From the NCBI GenBank assembly GCA_016839625.1, contig JAEOTY010000196.1:1-17458 (forward strand): a stretch of 17,458 bases of DNA, in the 5' to 3' direction. The translations under genes and the position numbers were made by a program. Under the pieces are notes generated by a model. The model did not search any database. It had not been told where the DNA came from and saw nothing but the letters and a program-made list of their open reading frames with translations. Positions 1 through 8,182 of this stretch are shown in pieces (position 1 is the first letter of the stretch; the number at the start of each line of letters is the position of its first letter). Source of the DNA: Candidatus Hodarchaeota archaeon. Lineage in GTDB: Archaea; Asgardarchaeota; Heimdallarchaeia; Hodarchaeales; Hodarchaeaceae.

Positions 1-3000
1 CTGATGTTAACTCCACACCTTTTGCTATTACACCTTCGAGACCCGCTTCCTCAAGATCCGAAGGTACCGATTCCATTATTTGCCCTCTTCTGTCAGAAAC
101 AGCTTTACGAACCATACCTCCGATTCCAGATGATTTGACATAATCAGTTAACCCCTCAACGACTTGTGCCTCTATACCTTTTTTATCTAATTGCTCAAGA
201 GCTTCTGTGGCTGCTATTCGAACTTCCACACTTTTATCGTTAAGCATAAGTTCCAACGGTGGAATCGCTCTCCCATCATGCATAATTCCAAGAGCCTTAA
301 CAGCTGCAAATCTCACTTGTTCATGTCTACTTCCGAGCATATTCACAAGATCTTCTATAGCATTTTTATCCCCTAAAATTCCAAGTGCCTCGCAAGCTGT
401 TGCTTGTAGTTCTTTATCGCGTTTTTTAAGTGTTGAACGGAGAAAACGATTAGCATGAAACTCTCCTTTTTCTCTCATGGTTGGAGAGAGATTGAGAAGA
501 ATTTTGGCTGCTAAGCGAGCTGTTTCTTTTCTTGGTGAAGCAAGACAGCGGCATAGAGACTTTATTGCCTCCAGACCAATCTTTTCTAGTTTATTCCCAG
601 CTGATTCTCGTACTAAAGCGTCTCCATCATTAAGTGCGACTTCTAACTTCCTCATTGCTTGAACAGAGCCAATCTCACCCAAAACTTCTACTGCTGCCAT
701 TCTGGCATAACGTTTCTTATCATCTTGAATGGCTGAAATATCCATGACTACTGGTTCACCAATTCTTATAAGTGCTCTGATTGCAGTTTGCCTGACCTCT
801 TCATCATTGTCTCTAAGACCAGAATTTATTAGCGGTTCTCTACTCTCAGGATCTGCGATCTTCTCAAGGGCTAGAGCACTTAGTCGTCGAACTGTTTTGC
901 TATCATGGCTTAGGGATTCGACTAGCATAGTTACTGAAGGGGAACCGATACTGGCCAAGGCATCAGAACTAAGTTCTCTAATCTGCATTTTCTCTTTTTT
1001 ATCTTGAAGATGCGAAATCAACTCAGGGATCGCGTCGACATCTGCTAATAATCCCAATGCTTTAGCCGAACCAGCCCGTACTAGTACTTCTTTATCAGAT
1101 AAAAGTTTTCTAATTTTAAAAGCAGATTTTTCATCCTCAAATAGACCCAAAGCATAAGCACTGGAAGCTCGAAGGTAAAGATTAGTTGCTGATAGAAATT
1201 GACGAAGAAATTTCTTACTTTCTTCAACTTTAATTATTTGAGATATAGTAGTATTTCTTATTTCTTCCTCTTCATCTTTAAGCGCTCTTAAAAAGCTGAC
1301 AAGCTCTCTCTCTTCTGGAGATATTCCGAGAGAATCTAATGCTTTTGAGGATGCAGCAACAACCTCGACATTCTCTTGTTCTTCGCTTTCTAATAATGCA
1401 AAGGTTGCTTCAATGTCTTTTATTTGTCCCAGAGCATTTGCGGTATTAATTCTAACTTCGATACTAGAGTCAGTCGCTAAATGTTTAATCAAAGGTTTTA
1501 CAGCAGTTGTATCTTTAAGTTGTCCGCATGCTATTGCAGCTTGAATTCGGACTTGTTCATCAGTATCCTCTATAAGAGATAAGATTACTACGATTCCAGT
1601 CTTTAAAATTCCTAGTGCTCGTAAGATTCCCCATCTGATACTTCTGTCTGGATCATGGGCCTTTTTAAGCAGTGGATGGATGTGATTAAGTGAAACAAGA
1701 GCTAATATTGCTGTATTCCAAATTTCTTCTCCTTTTCCTCTTGTTTCCTTATCAGCTAGACGTGTGACAATTATTTCTGCTGATTGTGGGTCGCCTATCT
1801 GTTCAAGAGCACGAATTGCAGCTATTCTCACAGTATCTTCCTCATCCTCTGTTAATGTTTCCAGAATAGGTCTTGCAGGGGCAAATTTCTGTTGGCCAAG
1901 TGCGTTACTACACCCCTCGCGTACAAGGGGATTCTTGGATGATAGGCCTTCTTTAAGATAGGAGGATGTCTCTTCTTTAAAATCTGCTAGTGTAATAGCA
2001 GCATTAATCCTGATTTCTTCAGTTTCATTACGAAATTCCCTGAAGTTTTCAATAATGGGTTGGATTTTACAGGTCTCTCCTAGCTGATTTAGAACTTTTG
2101 TCACCCTTTCCCTAACTTCTTGATTAGCATCCTCTTCCCTTTCAAATAATGGGATAAATGCTATTGGATTACCGATTGATCCCAAAGAGAGAGCAGCTTC
2201 AATCCTTACTAATGGTTCTTCGTCAGAAAGTACATATATTAAACAACTAGCACTATTTTGATTCCTAATCATACCCAAGGCACGACAAAAGGCCATTCTA
2301 ACGTTACTTGACTCTTCTGTTTTGGGTACTAATCGGTCTTCTATTACTTGTCTAATCTCTTCGTCTGCTATTAGAGTGAAGGTTTCCGCGACTCCCCACC
2401 GTATTGATTCCTCTGATGAATCTAAGAGAGGTATCATACGGCTAATAATTCTATCTTGATCGTATTTTGTAAACGCCCGGGCAATAGTTTCGCGAATTAT
2501 TACGTCCTCCTCAATCAGAGCGTTGAAAAAATGGTCTTCTGATTCAGGATCCGCTATTTCTCCAAGTACGACAAAAACTCCCCTTCTGAGATTCAAATTC
2601 TCTAATTTCTGTTCTAGGATTTGATGCAGATGATAAAGTGAGATGGACTTATTGTTCACAAGAATATCGATTTTTTCCGTGTTTTTATATCCATCTGGAA
2701 GTCTAATTGCTTGAATCGCCATAATAACATCATTTAGCTCTTCAGAATGTTTTCCAGTTGCCTTCAAAGCTTCTAAAGCCTTTTCGACAACATCTTCTTC
2801 TTTATCGTCTAAGACATTTATTAGAATTACAATTGTAGTTTCATCCGCAATTTCTCCAAGAGCTTGAACTGCTATTGCTCTTGTAGCTGCAATTGAATTC
2901 TCAACAAAAGGAAGAATATCATTGATAGCTGCGGGATCTCGAGGAGACCCCAATGCCAAAATAAAAGCATTTAATACGGAGCGTTCTTGCTCTTTTTGCA

Positions 3001-4699
3001 CAGCCTCCCTAAGCCTGTCTAGAGAATCTGAAGATCTAATTTCTTGAAAAACCTCGGCAATTCCGAGTCTAATCATGGAGCTTGGATTGAATAAAGCTTC
3101 GACACATTCTAATGGTCTATTAATTATTATCAATGATCTGGATGCCGCTTTCCGTACACTTGTATCCTGATCTGCTAGATAACTAATTAAAGGGTTGATT
3201 GCTTTTTCATTTGCAAATATTAGTGCTTCACACGTTTTAGTTCTTACCAAAGATGAATTATCTTTCTCTAAAGTATCAATAAGATTATCTATTGCTTCAT
3301 GAATCTCTCTCCATCCTATAATAACAGCTGCAGAGGCTCTTAATTCCTCATTCTTGCTTGATTTTAATAGTTGGCAAATTAAATCCTTGGGAACCTCTCC
3401 TAGCTCTATGATATCCGTTTTTATCTTTTCTCTCTCATCTATATTTTTGGTCTTAGATAAAGCGTCAAATAAGTTTAAGAAGTCAGTCAATCCACAGACT
3501 GTACCTATTTGAGCAAGTGCTTCTCTTGCTGCTTCTACAACCCTATTTGTTTGTGAAAAGGTTAAATCCAGAAGAGACTGATTCGCTCGTTGATCTTTCA
3601 GATCACCCAAAGCTTTTGCAATACTAATTTTTGTTTCGTCTACGTCTTCAATATAAAGAACTTCAACAAGCTTATTTACAACAGATTTATCATTCAGTTT
3701 TGCTAAAATGGTAGCTGAATTTCCACGGACTTCTGGATTTTCAGCTTCTAAACCCTCTTTACTGAGAGTTCCAAGCCACTTTGTGTCTTCTAATAGCATT
3801 GATGCAGTGGAGGTCACTTCTGCATCTCCAAGAGATCTGACTAAATCTTCTCCACTCTCTTTCTTTTCATACTGAGCAAGCCACTTCAAGGTCATTCGAC
3901 GAATTTCAGGGTTGGAATCTTGGAGCTTTGTCCTAATGAGATCGAATTGGTTATCATCAGCGATTTTGCAATAAATATAAAGCGAATTGATTCGTACTTT
4001 ATCTTTAGTGCTATTAATTCCTTCAAGTAACGCTTCTATAAGCTCGGGATCGCTAAGAAATTCTTCTGGTACATTCTCAAGGTTTTCAACTGTTTTTTCT
4101 CTAAAAATATCAACCTTTTCTTTTCCATGTCGTTCTGTTATCTCTTGAAGTGCATTATTGCGTTCGTTGCTTGAAATATCTTCTAACAAAATAGGAACAG
4201 CACGGAGACTCTTAAGTTTGCCAAAGACATTATAAATTTCTTGAGTAACATAAGGCTGATCCTTTCTTTCTTGGCGAACAATGGAAAAAAGATCATCCAA
4301 CGTTTCTTCAATCTTAAGTTCACTGATTATTGTCAAAATTCTTAACCGAACTTCTCCTCTTTTATGGAAAAGGAGCTGTCTAAGACCAGAAATAAGAGAT
4401 TTTGGGGGTTTTTCAAATTTAACAATAGTATTGCTTGCATGTTCTCGAATTGTTGGATCTTTATCAGTCAATTTTTTTAACAAAATGGGTATTGATGATT
4501 CGTTTTGTACATGACCAACAATTTCATAAGCTGCTTGCCTTTGAAGCTCTTTTCCCTTATTGATCAACTTATGAATCTCTTTCAAAAGTTCTGGCTCTTT
4601 TTTACAATATTCTGTAAGTGATTCGATTCCAGTCTCCCGTTCCTCATCTGAAACGCTCTTAAGCATTGTTAGAAGGCGTTTCATTTCTGATTTGTCCAT
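1..4699 (-). CDS. Giant HEAT / PBS-lyase-type repeat protein; N-terminus complete, C-terminus beyond the left window edge (>1566 aa)
   Basis: I translated the minus strand by hand from the ATG (complement of 4697-4699) down to position 2. This gave 1566 sense codons and no stop (MDKSEMKRLLTMLKSVSDEERETGIESLTEYCKKEPELL...VPSDLEEAGLEGVIAKGVELTS). There are dozens of roughly 30-aa units with the HEAT_PBS signature, e.g. DKSVEVRIAAATEALEQL, DEEVRQTAIRALIRIGEP, KEVLVRAGSAKALGLLADVDAIPELISHL, DEQVRIQAAIACGQLKDTTAVKPLIKHL, EPLVRIEAALSLGSIGNPIAFIPL. A GAGGTG SD-like motif lies 8 nt upstream of the ATG. The ORF is absent from the supplied track, presumably because no stop lies inside the window. Confidence 0.9.
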   Translation of the reverse strand, partial: MDKSEMKRLLTMLKSVSDEERETGIESLTEYCKKEPELLKEIHKLINKGKELQRQAAYEIVGHVQNESSIPILLKKLTDKDPTIREHASNTIVKFEKPPKSLISGLRQLLFHKRGEVRLRILTIISELKIEETLDDLFSIVRQERKDQPYVTQEIYNVFGKLKSLRAVPILLEDISSNERNNALQEITERHGKEKVDIFREKTVENLENVPEEFLSDPELIEALLEGINSTKDKVRINSLYIYCKIADDNQFDLIRTKLQDSNPEIRRMTLKWLAQYEKKESGEDLVRSLGDAEVTSTASMLLEDTKWLGTLSKEGLEAENPEVRGNSATILAKLNDKSVVNKLVEVLYIEDVDETKISIAKALGDLKDQRANQSLLDLTFSQTNRVVEAAREALAQIGTVCGLTDFLNLFDALSKTKNIDEREKIKTDIIELGEVPKDLICQLLKSSKNEELRASAAVIIGWREIHEAIDNLIDTLEKDNSSLVRTKTCEALIFANEKAINPLISYLADQDTSVRKAASRSLIIINRPLECVEALFNPSSMIRLGIAEVFQEIRSSDSLDRLREAVQKEQERSVLNAFILALGSPRDPAAINDILPFVENSIAATRAIAVQALGEIADETTIVILINVLDDKEEDVVEKALEALKATGKHSEELNDVIMAIQAIRLPDGYKNTEKIDILVNNKSISLYHLHQILEQKLENLNLRRGVFVVLGEIADPESEDHFFNALIEEDVIIRETIARAFTKYDQDRIISRMIPLLDSSEESIRWGVAETFTLIADEEIRQVIEDRLVPKTEESSNVRMAFCRALGMIRNQNSASCLIYVLSDEEPLVRIEAALSLGSIGNPIAFIPLFEREEDANQEVRERVTKVLNQLGETCKIQPIIENFREFRNETEEIRINAAITLADFKEETSSYLKEGLSSKNPLVREGCSNALGQQKFAPARPILETLTEDEEDTVRIAAIRALEQIGDPQSAEIIVTRLADKETRGKGEEIWNTAILALVSLNHIHPLLKKAHDPDRSIRWGILRALGILKTGIVVILSLIEDTDEQVRIQAAIACGQLKDTTAVKPLIKHLATDSSIEVRINTANALGQIKDIEATFALLESEEQENVEVVAASSKALDSLGISPEERELVSFLRALKDEEEEIRNTTISQIIKVEESKKFLRQFLSATNLYLRASSAYALGLFEDEKSAFKIRKLLSDKEVLVRAGSAKALGLLADVDAIPELISHLQDKKEKMQIRELSSDALASIGSPSVTMLVESLSHDSKTVRRLSALALEKIADPESREPLINSGLRDNDEEVRQTAIRALIRIGEPVVMDISAIQDDKKRYARMAAVEVLGEIGSVQAMRKLEVALNDGDALVRESAGNKLEKIGLEAIKSLCRCLASPRKETARLAAKILLNLSPTMREKGEFHANRFLRSTLKKRDKELQATACEALGILGDKNAIEDLVNMLGSRHEQVRFAAVKALGIMHDGRAIPPLELMLNDKSVEVRIAATEALEQLDKKGIEAQVVEGLTDYVKSSGIGGMVRKAVSDRRGQIMESVPSDLEEAGLEGVIAKGVELTS

Positions 4700-4707
4700 C
4701 TTATTAG

Positions 4708-4713
4708 CACCTC
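4708..4713 (-). promoter_or_regulatory. Shine-Dalgarno-like GAGGTG (within GGAGTGAGGTG), 8 nt upstream of the HEAT gene ATG
   Basis: The minus strand reads GGAGTGAGGTGCTAATAAGATG. The motif is complementary to a ...CACCUCC 16S 3' tail. Related GGAGTGA/GAGTGA/AGGTGA motifs precede the ThpR, SCP2 and AOR starts in this window. Confidence 0.5.
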
Positions 4714-4820
4714 ACTCCGAATAAGTTTTATCAAAATGGAATCTTAAAAAGATCTAGTTATTCAAGATGTATCAGTCATTAATTATTTAAATTTCTCTTT
4801 CTCCTTGATAGAAGCTTAGA

Positions 4821-4848
4821 ATGGATGTAACCAAATGGACGTAACCAA
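4821..4848. repeat. Tandem 14-bp direct repeat ATGGATGTAACCAA / ATGGACGTAACCAA (1 mismatch) in the intergenic region upstream of the HEAT gene
   Basis: Read directly: 4821-4834 and 4835-4848 are head-to-tail copies. They lie about 120-150 nt upstream of the HEAT ATG (4699) and 64 nt downstream of the stop of the 4912-5295 ORF. The repeat is certain as sequence; its function is unknown. Confidence 0.85.
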
Positions 4849-4911
4849 CTTCTGAGCTAAAGAGCGTTTTACATTATTGATCTGTGTTTTATGATACAAT
4901 TGTTGAAATGT

Positions 4912-5295
4912 TTACAAAATCAATAGATAAATCGTGATTGCTGCTTGTACTAAAGATAGAATCAAGGTACTGATAAGAATGGCCTTTGAAATTGGCAGGG
5001 TAAATTCTTCTCGATTTTTAACCTTGATGAAGTATGTATGGATGCTAAAAGCAAATAATCCTGCAAAATTCAATAGCAATGATATGATATAACCCTCAAT
5101 GGTTTGTTGGTACACAAGGATCAATCCATATAAGAATAAAAATAAAACTGGGAAATGAAAAACCAAAAAACCTGTTAATCCTCCTTTTAAATGGAACAAC
5201 TTCCTTGAAAATATGTGGAAAAAATAGTAATATTTTAAATACAAGCAACGGTAAAAAATCGATTTGGAAGGTTTATAATCGAGGGAATTTATCAT
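4912..5295 (-). CDS. Small hydrophobic membrane protein (about 3 predicted TM segments), hypothetical; start uncertain
   Basis: ORF-track translation. The C-terminal ~85 aa contain three long hydrophobic stretches (FLVFHFPVLFLFLYGLILVY, YIISLLLNFAGLFAFSIHTYF, AILISTLILSLVQAAITIYLLIL). The N-terminal ~40 aa are Tyr/Phe/Lys-rich and may be non-coding. An internal TTG at 5166-5164 is preceded by GGAGGA (5184-5179) with a 12-nt spacer and is an alternative start. Confidence 0.5.
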   Translation of the reverse strand: MINSLDYKPSKSIFYRCLYLKYYYFFHIFSRKLFHLKGGLTGFLVFHFPVLFLFLYGLILVYQQTIEGYIISLLLNFAGLFAFSIHTYFIKVKNREEFTLPISKAILISTLILSLVQAAITIYLLIL

Positions 5296-5655
5296 ATGAA
5301 AATTTCTTCCAAGCTTAATCTAAAAGCAGTATCAATTCTAAAAAAAGCACTAAGATTAACTGAAAGTGAATTGAATCTTCTCTTCATACTTGAAGATAAG
5401 AAATACTTAGATAAAGGACTTTCAATTTTAGAATTAGAAGAAATATTGAGTTACCAAAGGTCACAGATTATCCAAGACTTAGCAAATCTAATAAAAGCTG
5501 ATTATATTCGTCAAACACAGATCGAAGGGATCTACTTTTATCAATCCACAAAAAATTCAGCTAAAAAATTTGGTGACTATGTTGTAAAGCATTACCACCA
5601 ACTCCCTCGCTATCTAGAGGATTTAGTCGCCTGGCAGTCACGAGAATTGATGTAA
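5296..5655 (+). CDS. Small winged-helix-turn-helix (MarR/ArsR-like) putative transcriptional regulator
   Basis: 119 aa. The pattern is LTESELNLLFIL - LSILELEEIL - SYQRSQIIQDLANLIKADYIRQ - TQIEGIYFYQST, which fits helix/helix/recognition helix/beta-wing of a wHTH. It is divergent from the small membrane ORF. A TTTATAAT box lies at 5272-5279. The family call is by pattern only. Confidence 0.6.
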   Translation: MKISSKLNLKAVSILKKALRLTESELNLLFILEDKKYLDKGLSILELEEILSYQRSQIIQDLANLIKADYIRQTQIEGIYFYQSTKNSAKKFGDYVVKHYHQLPRYLEDLVAWQSRELM

Positions 5656-5756
5656 CACTTCTCTTAATTCATCTGATTGAGTTTAATCTTTAACCGTGTA
5701 GTGATAGTTGGAATTCTTATAATTTTGGGTTAGGTGATTATCTACTCTCGACCAAT

Positions 5757-6011
5757 TTATCCAGGGATAGTGTTGTAGTAACCAGCTCGTATTTTCTTGA
5801 TGTCTTTAAACAATACGTAGTATAACCGAGCTAGAAGAATCAGGGGAAGCCAAGCAATCAGTATAAATATAACAATATTATCAACAGAGACAAACGCGAA
5901 AACAATGATAATGAACACTACGAATATTGTAAAAACACCCACAGCAATGTTTCCTCTAATAGTAGGTGATCGTGTGTGGATTGTCGTATCTTGGGGGATT
6001 TTTTCAGACAT
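5757..6011 (-). CDS. 84-aa two-TM membrane miniprotein, hypothetical
   Basis: A polar N-terminus is followed by two strongly hydrophobic helices (NIAVGVFTIFVVFIIIVFAFVSV; IVIFILIAWLPLILLARLYYVLF). A GGGGG purine run lies 5 nt upstream of the ATG on the minus strand. The antisense + ORF 5905-6090 has no such features. Confidence 0.5.
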   Translation of the reverse strand: MSEKIPQDTTIHTRSPTIRGNIAVGVFTIFVVFIIIVFAFVSVDNIVIFILIAWLPLILLARLYYVLFKDIKKIRAGYYNTIPG

Positions 6012-6107
6012 TTCGCCCCCTAGGCTATTTTACCTACATGATTATTTAAAAAGTGTGCGAACGCGAAAAATTGCTGATTATAAACAATAAATCATTACTT
6101 CCTCAAT

Positions 6108-6129
6108 ATCGCATTATTACAATTGCGAT
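6108..6129. promoter_or_regulatory. Inverted repeat ATCGCA-N10-TGCGAT immediately upstream of the AOR reading frame (candidate operator or 5'-UTR hairpin)
   Basis: Arms at 6108-6113 and 6124-6129 are perfect reverse complements with a 10-nt AT loop. They are GC-containing arms in an otherwise AT-rich intergenic region. A TATA-like ATTATAAA box lies at 6077-6084. Confidence 0.3.
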
Positions 6130-6162
6130 TTTTCATTGATAAATTCAGAAACAGGTGAGATT

Positions 6163-8106
6163 TTGGATTCTATTTTCAGTAATATAATTCGTGTGGGTTT
6201 AATCGACTTATCAACGTCTACAGTAACTATTGAGTCTCATTCATTTCGAGATGAAATCTTCCCAAAGTATTTAGGAGGTGAGGGACTTGCAGCTGATTAT
6301 CTCCTTCGAACTATGCCTCCTAATACAGATCCGTTGGGGCCTGAAAACATTTTATGTTTCGTCACAGGTGTTCTAAGCGGAACAATTGTTCCATTCTCAG
6401 GTAGATTTATGGTTGCTGGAAAATCACCCTTGACAGGAACGTGGGGAGAAGCTAATTCAGGTGGAAGATTCGGCCCTGAACTACGTAGCGCCGGCTTTGA
6501 TTTATTACTTATTAAAGGAAAAGCCAAGGAACTCTCGATTCTTAACATAACCAATGATTCAATTGAAATAGCTCCATTTCCTCATCTTAAAGGAATGGAT
6601 TGCGTTGAAACAGAGGAGGAGCTGAAAAAGAAATTTGGGCCAAAAGTCCAAGTTGCTAGTATTGGATTAGCGGGAGAGAAATTAGTTCTTATTACAGGTA
6701 TAGTCACTGATAAAGCTAGAATTGCCGCTCGAAGTGGCCTTGGGGCAGTTATGGGTTCAAAAAATCTCAAAGCGGTAGTAGTACGAGGAACAAAGAAAAT
6801 ACCTGTTTTCGACCCTGAAGGTCTTCGTGAACTTCGCACCCTAATTAATAAATGGATGTCGAAAGGATTAAATTTTCTTTTGAGGCCTAGTCTTAAATTA
6901 TCAACTTCATTTGCGCCCTGGCTTCGTCGGTTTCGGATAAAGAACTATGGATCCATGAGTACCAGTAGTATGGTAATAGAGAGTTATCGAAGGTGGGGAA
7001 CCTCAGCTGGAACAGCTGTGTGTGTTGAAACTGGGGATGCACCAGTAAAAAACTGGAAAGGATCCTACAAAGATTTTCCTTTGAAGAAAAGTGTAAAATT
7101 GACATCTGATAATGTCACTAAGTATCAGATTCGTAAATATGGTTGTAAAAGATGTCCAATTACTTGTGGAGGGATAATGAGCTATAAAGATGAGCAATAT
7201 GATCTCCCAGAGACTCAAAAACCAGAGTATGAGACGTTAGCTATGTTGGGTTCGAATTTGCTTAATGACGATCTTGGTTCTGTTTATGCTATGAATGATT
7301 ATTGTAATCGGCAGGGATTAGATACGATTGCCATAGGTTCAATTCTTGGGTTTTTAATGGAAGCCACAGAAAATGGGATCCTATCTGATAATGATTTAGA
7401 TGGATTGAACATATCTTGGGGAAACTCAGCTGATCTTCTTCCAATGATCAAAAAAATCGCAAATCGAGAGGGCATTGGAGATTTACTAGCGGAAGGCGTG
7501 GGAAAAGCGGCAAAAAAACTCAACGCGGAGGAATTTGCAATTCATATCAACAATCAAGCCATTCCTGCCCATGATCCGCGATTTTCAAAGACAATTATAA
7601 TTCCATATAAACTAGATCCCGCTCCTGGACGTCATACACCCTTCATTGAAGTGATGGTTGATATATCCAAATTTAATAAGATGTATCCATCACTAGATAA
7701 GAAGAATCGTATTCCAGACTTTTATTGCTACCATCAAACGATTTCTTCTGTTGGTTTATGTCAATTTGGGCTTACAACAGGGAATTTTCCAGCCTTAGAA
7801 TTTGTAAACCTTGTAACGGGTCTGAATCTAACTATTGAGGAATTTATTACCATAGGAGAGAGAATCTTAACGGTAAAACATCTTTTTAATCTTCGCGAAG
7901 GAGTTAATCCTTTAAATTTCAAACTACCACAAAGGATTCTTGATAAAGCAGAGGATGGACCCAATAAGAATGTTTCTTTATTAGAGGAAGAAGGAAAAAT
8001 TCTTGGCGAGTTTCTTACAGCATTGAAGTGGGATATTAAAACTACAATACCTGATAGTGACCACTTGAAGGATCTAGGATTAGAAGATTTTATCGGGATT
8101 TTCTAA
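6163..8106 (+). CDS. aor: Aldehyde:ferredoxin oxidoreductase family enzyme (tungstopterin / [4Fe-4S])
   Basis: Cluster-binding C-x2-C-x3-C (YGCKRCPITCGG; Cys codons at 7144, 7153, 7165) plus a distal Cys in SVGLCQFG (7759). Pterin-domain motif NRQGLDTIAIG. N-terminal IIRVGLIDLSTSTVTIES...YLGGEGLAADYLL, SPLTG...SGG, GSKNLKAVVV and KPEYETLAMLGSN all parallel the Pyrococcus AOR. There is no in-frame ATG near the 5' end. The frame opens at 6091; TTG 6136 is the track start. TTG 6163 is preceded by AGGTGA (6153-6158) and gives an N-terminus of family-typical length, so it is preferred here. Confidence 0.92.
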   Translation: MDSIFSNIIRVGLIDLSTSTVTIESHSFRDEIFPKYLGGEGLAADYLLRTMPPNTDPLGPENILCFVTGVLSGTIVPFSGRFMVAGKSPLTGTWGEANSGGRFGPELRSAGFDLLLIKGKAKELSILNITNDSIEIAPFPHLKGMDCVETEEELKKKFGPKVQVASIGLAGEKLVLITGIVTDKARIAARSGLGAVMGSKNLKAVVVRGTKKIPVFDPEGLRELRTLINKWMSKGLNFLLRPSLKLSTSFAPWLRRFRIKNYGSMSTSSMVIESYRRWGTSAGTAVCVETGDAPVKNWKGSYKDFPLKKSVKLTSDNVTKYQIRKYGCKRCPITCGGIMSYKDEQYDLPETQKPEYETLAMLGSNLLNDDLGSVYAMNDYCNRQGLDTIAIGSILGFLMEATENGILSDNDLDGLNISWGNSADLLPMIKKIANREGIGDLLAEGVGKAAKKLNAEEFAIHINNQAIPAHDPRFSKTIIIPYKLDPAPGRHTPFIEVMVDISKFNKMYPSLDKKNRIPDFYCYHQTISSVGLCQFGLTTGNFPALEFVNLVTGLNLTIEEFITIGERILTVKHLFNLREGVNPLNFKLPQRILDKAEDGPNKNVSLLEEEGKILGEFLTALKWDIKTTIPDSDHLKDLGLEDFIGIF

Positions 8107-8182
8107 TGAAGAAAAGAAAATCCTTTTAGACAATGATAGAAAAGTTAATTCTACTCAAAAAACTCCATTGAGTGAAACAAAA

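Noticed and set aside
191-4514. Plus-strand ORFs in the track (191-376, 207-458, 477-662, 729-1007, 1764-1961, 4281-4514)
   Set aside because: All lie antisense to the uninterrupted 1566-codon HEAT frame. Their translations are Ser/Leu/Ile-rich low-complexity strings, typical of the shadow frame of a Glu/Asp/Leu/Ala-rich gene. No SD or domain motif supports them.
4741-4756. Short hairpin ATCTT-AAA-AAGAT and other 4-5-bp palindromes in intergenic regions
   Set aside because: Stems this short and AT-rich are expected by chance in AT-rich spacers.
5905-6090. 61-aa plus-strand ORF overlapping the 84-aa membrane miniprotein gene
   Set aside because: It is antisense to an ORF with two clean TM helices and a purine-rich RBS. 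It would also run through the likely AOR promoter region, and it has no features of its own.
6297-7964. Five minus-strand ORFs inside the AOR gene (6297-6554, 6582-6839, 6893-7105, 7003-7218, 7299-7523, 7761-7964)
   Set aside because: They are antisense to a gene with unambiguous family motifs. Their translations are Pro/Ser/Arg-rich with no recognisable features.
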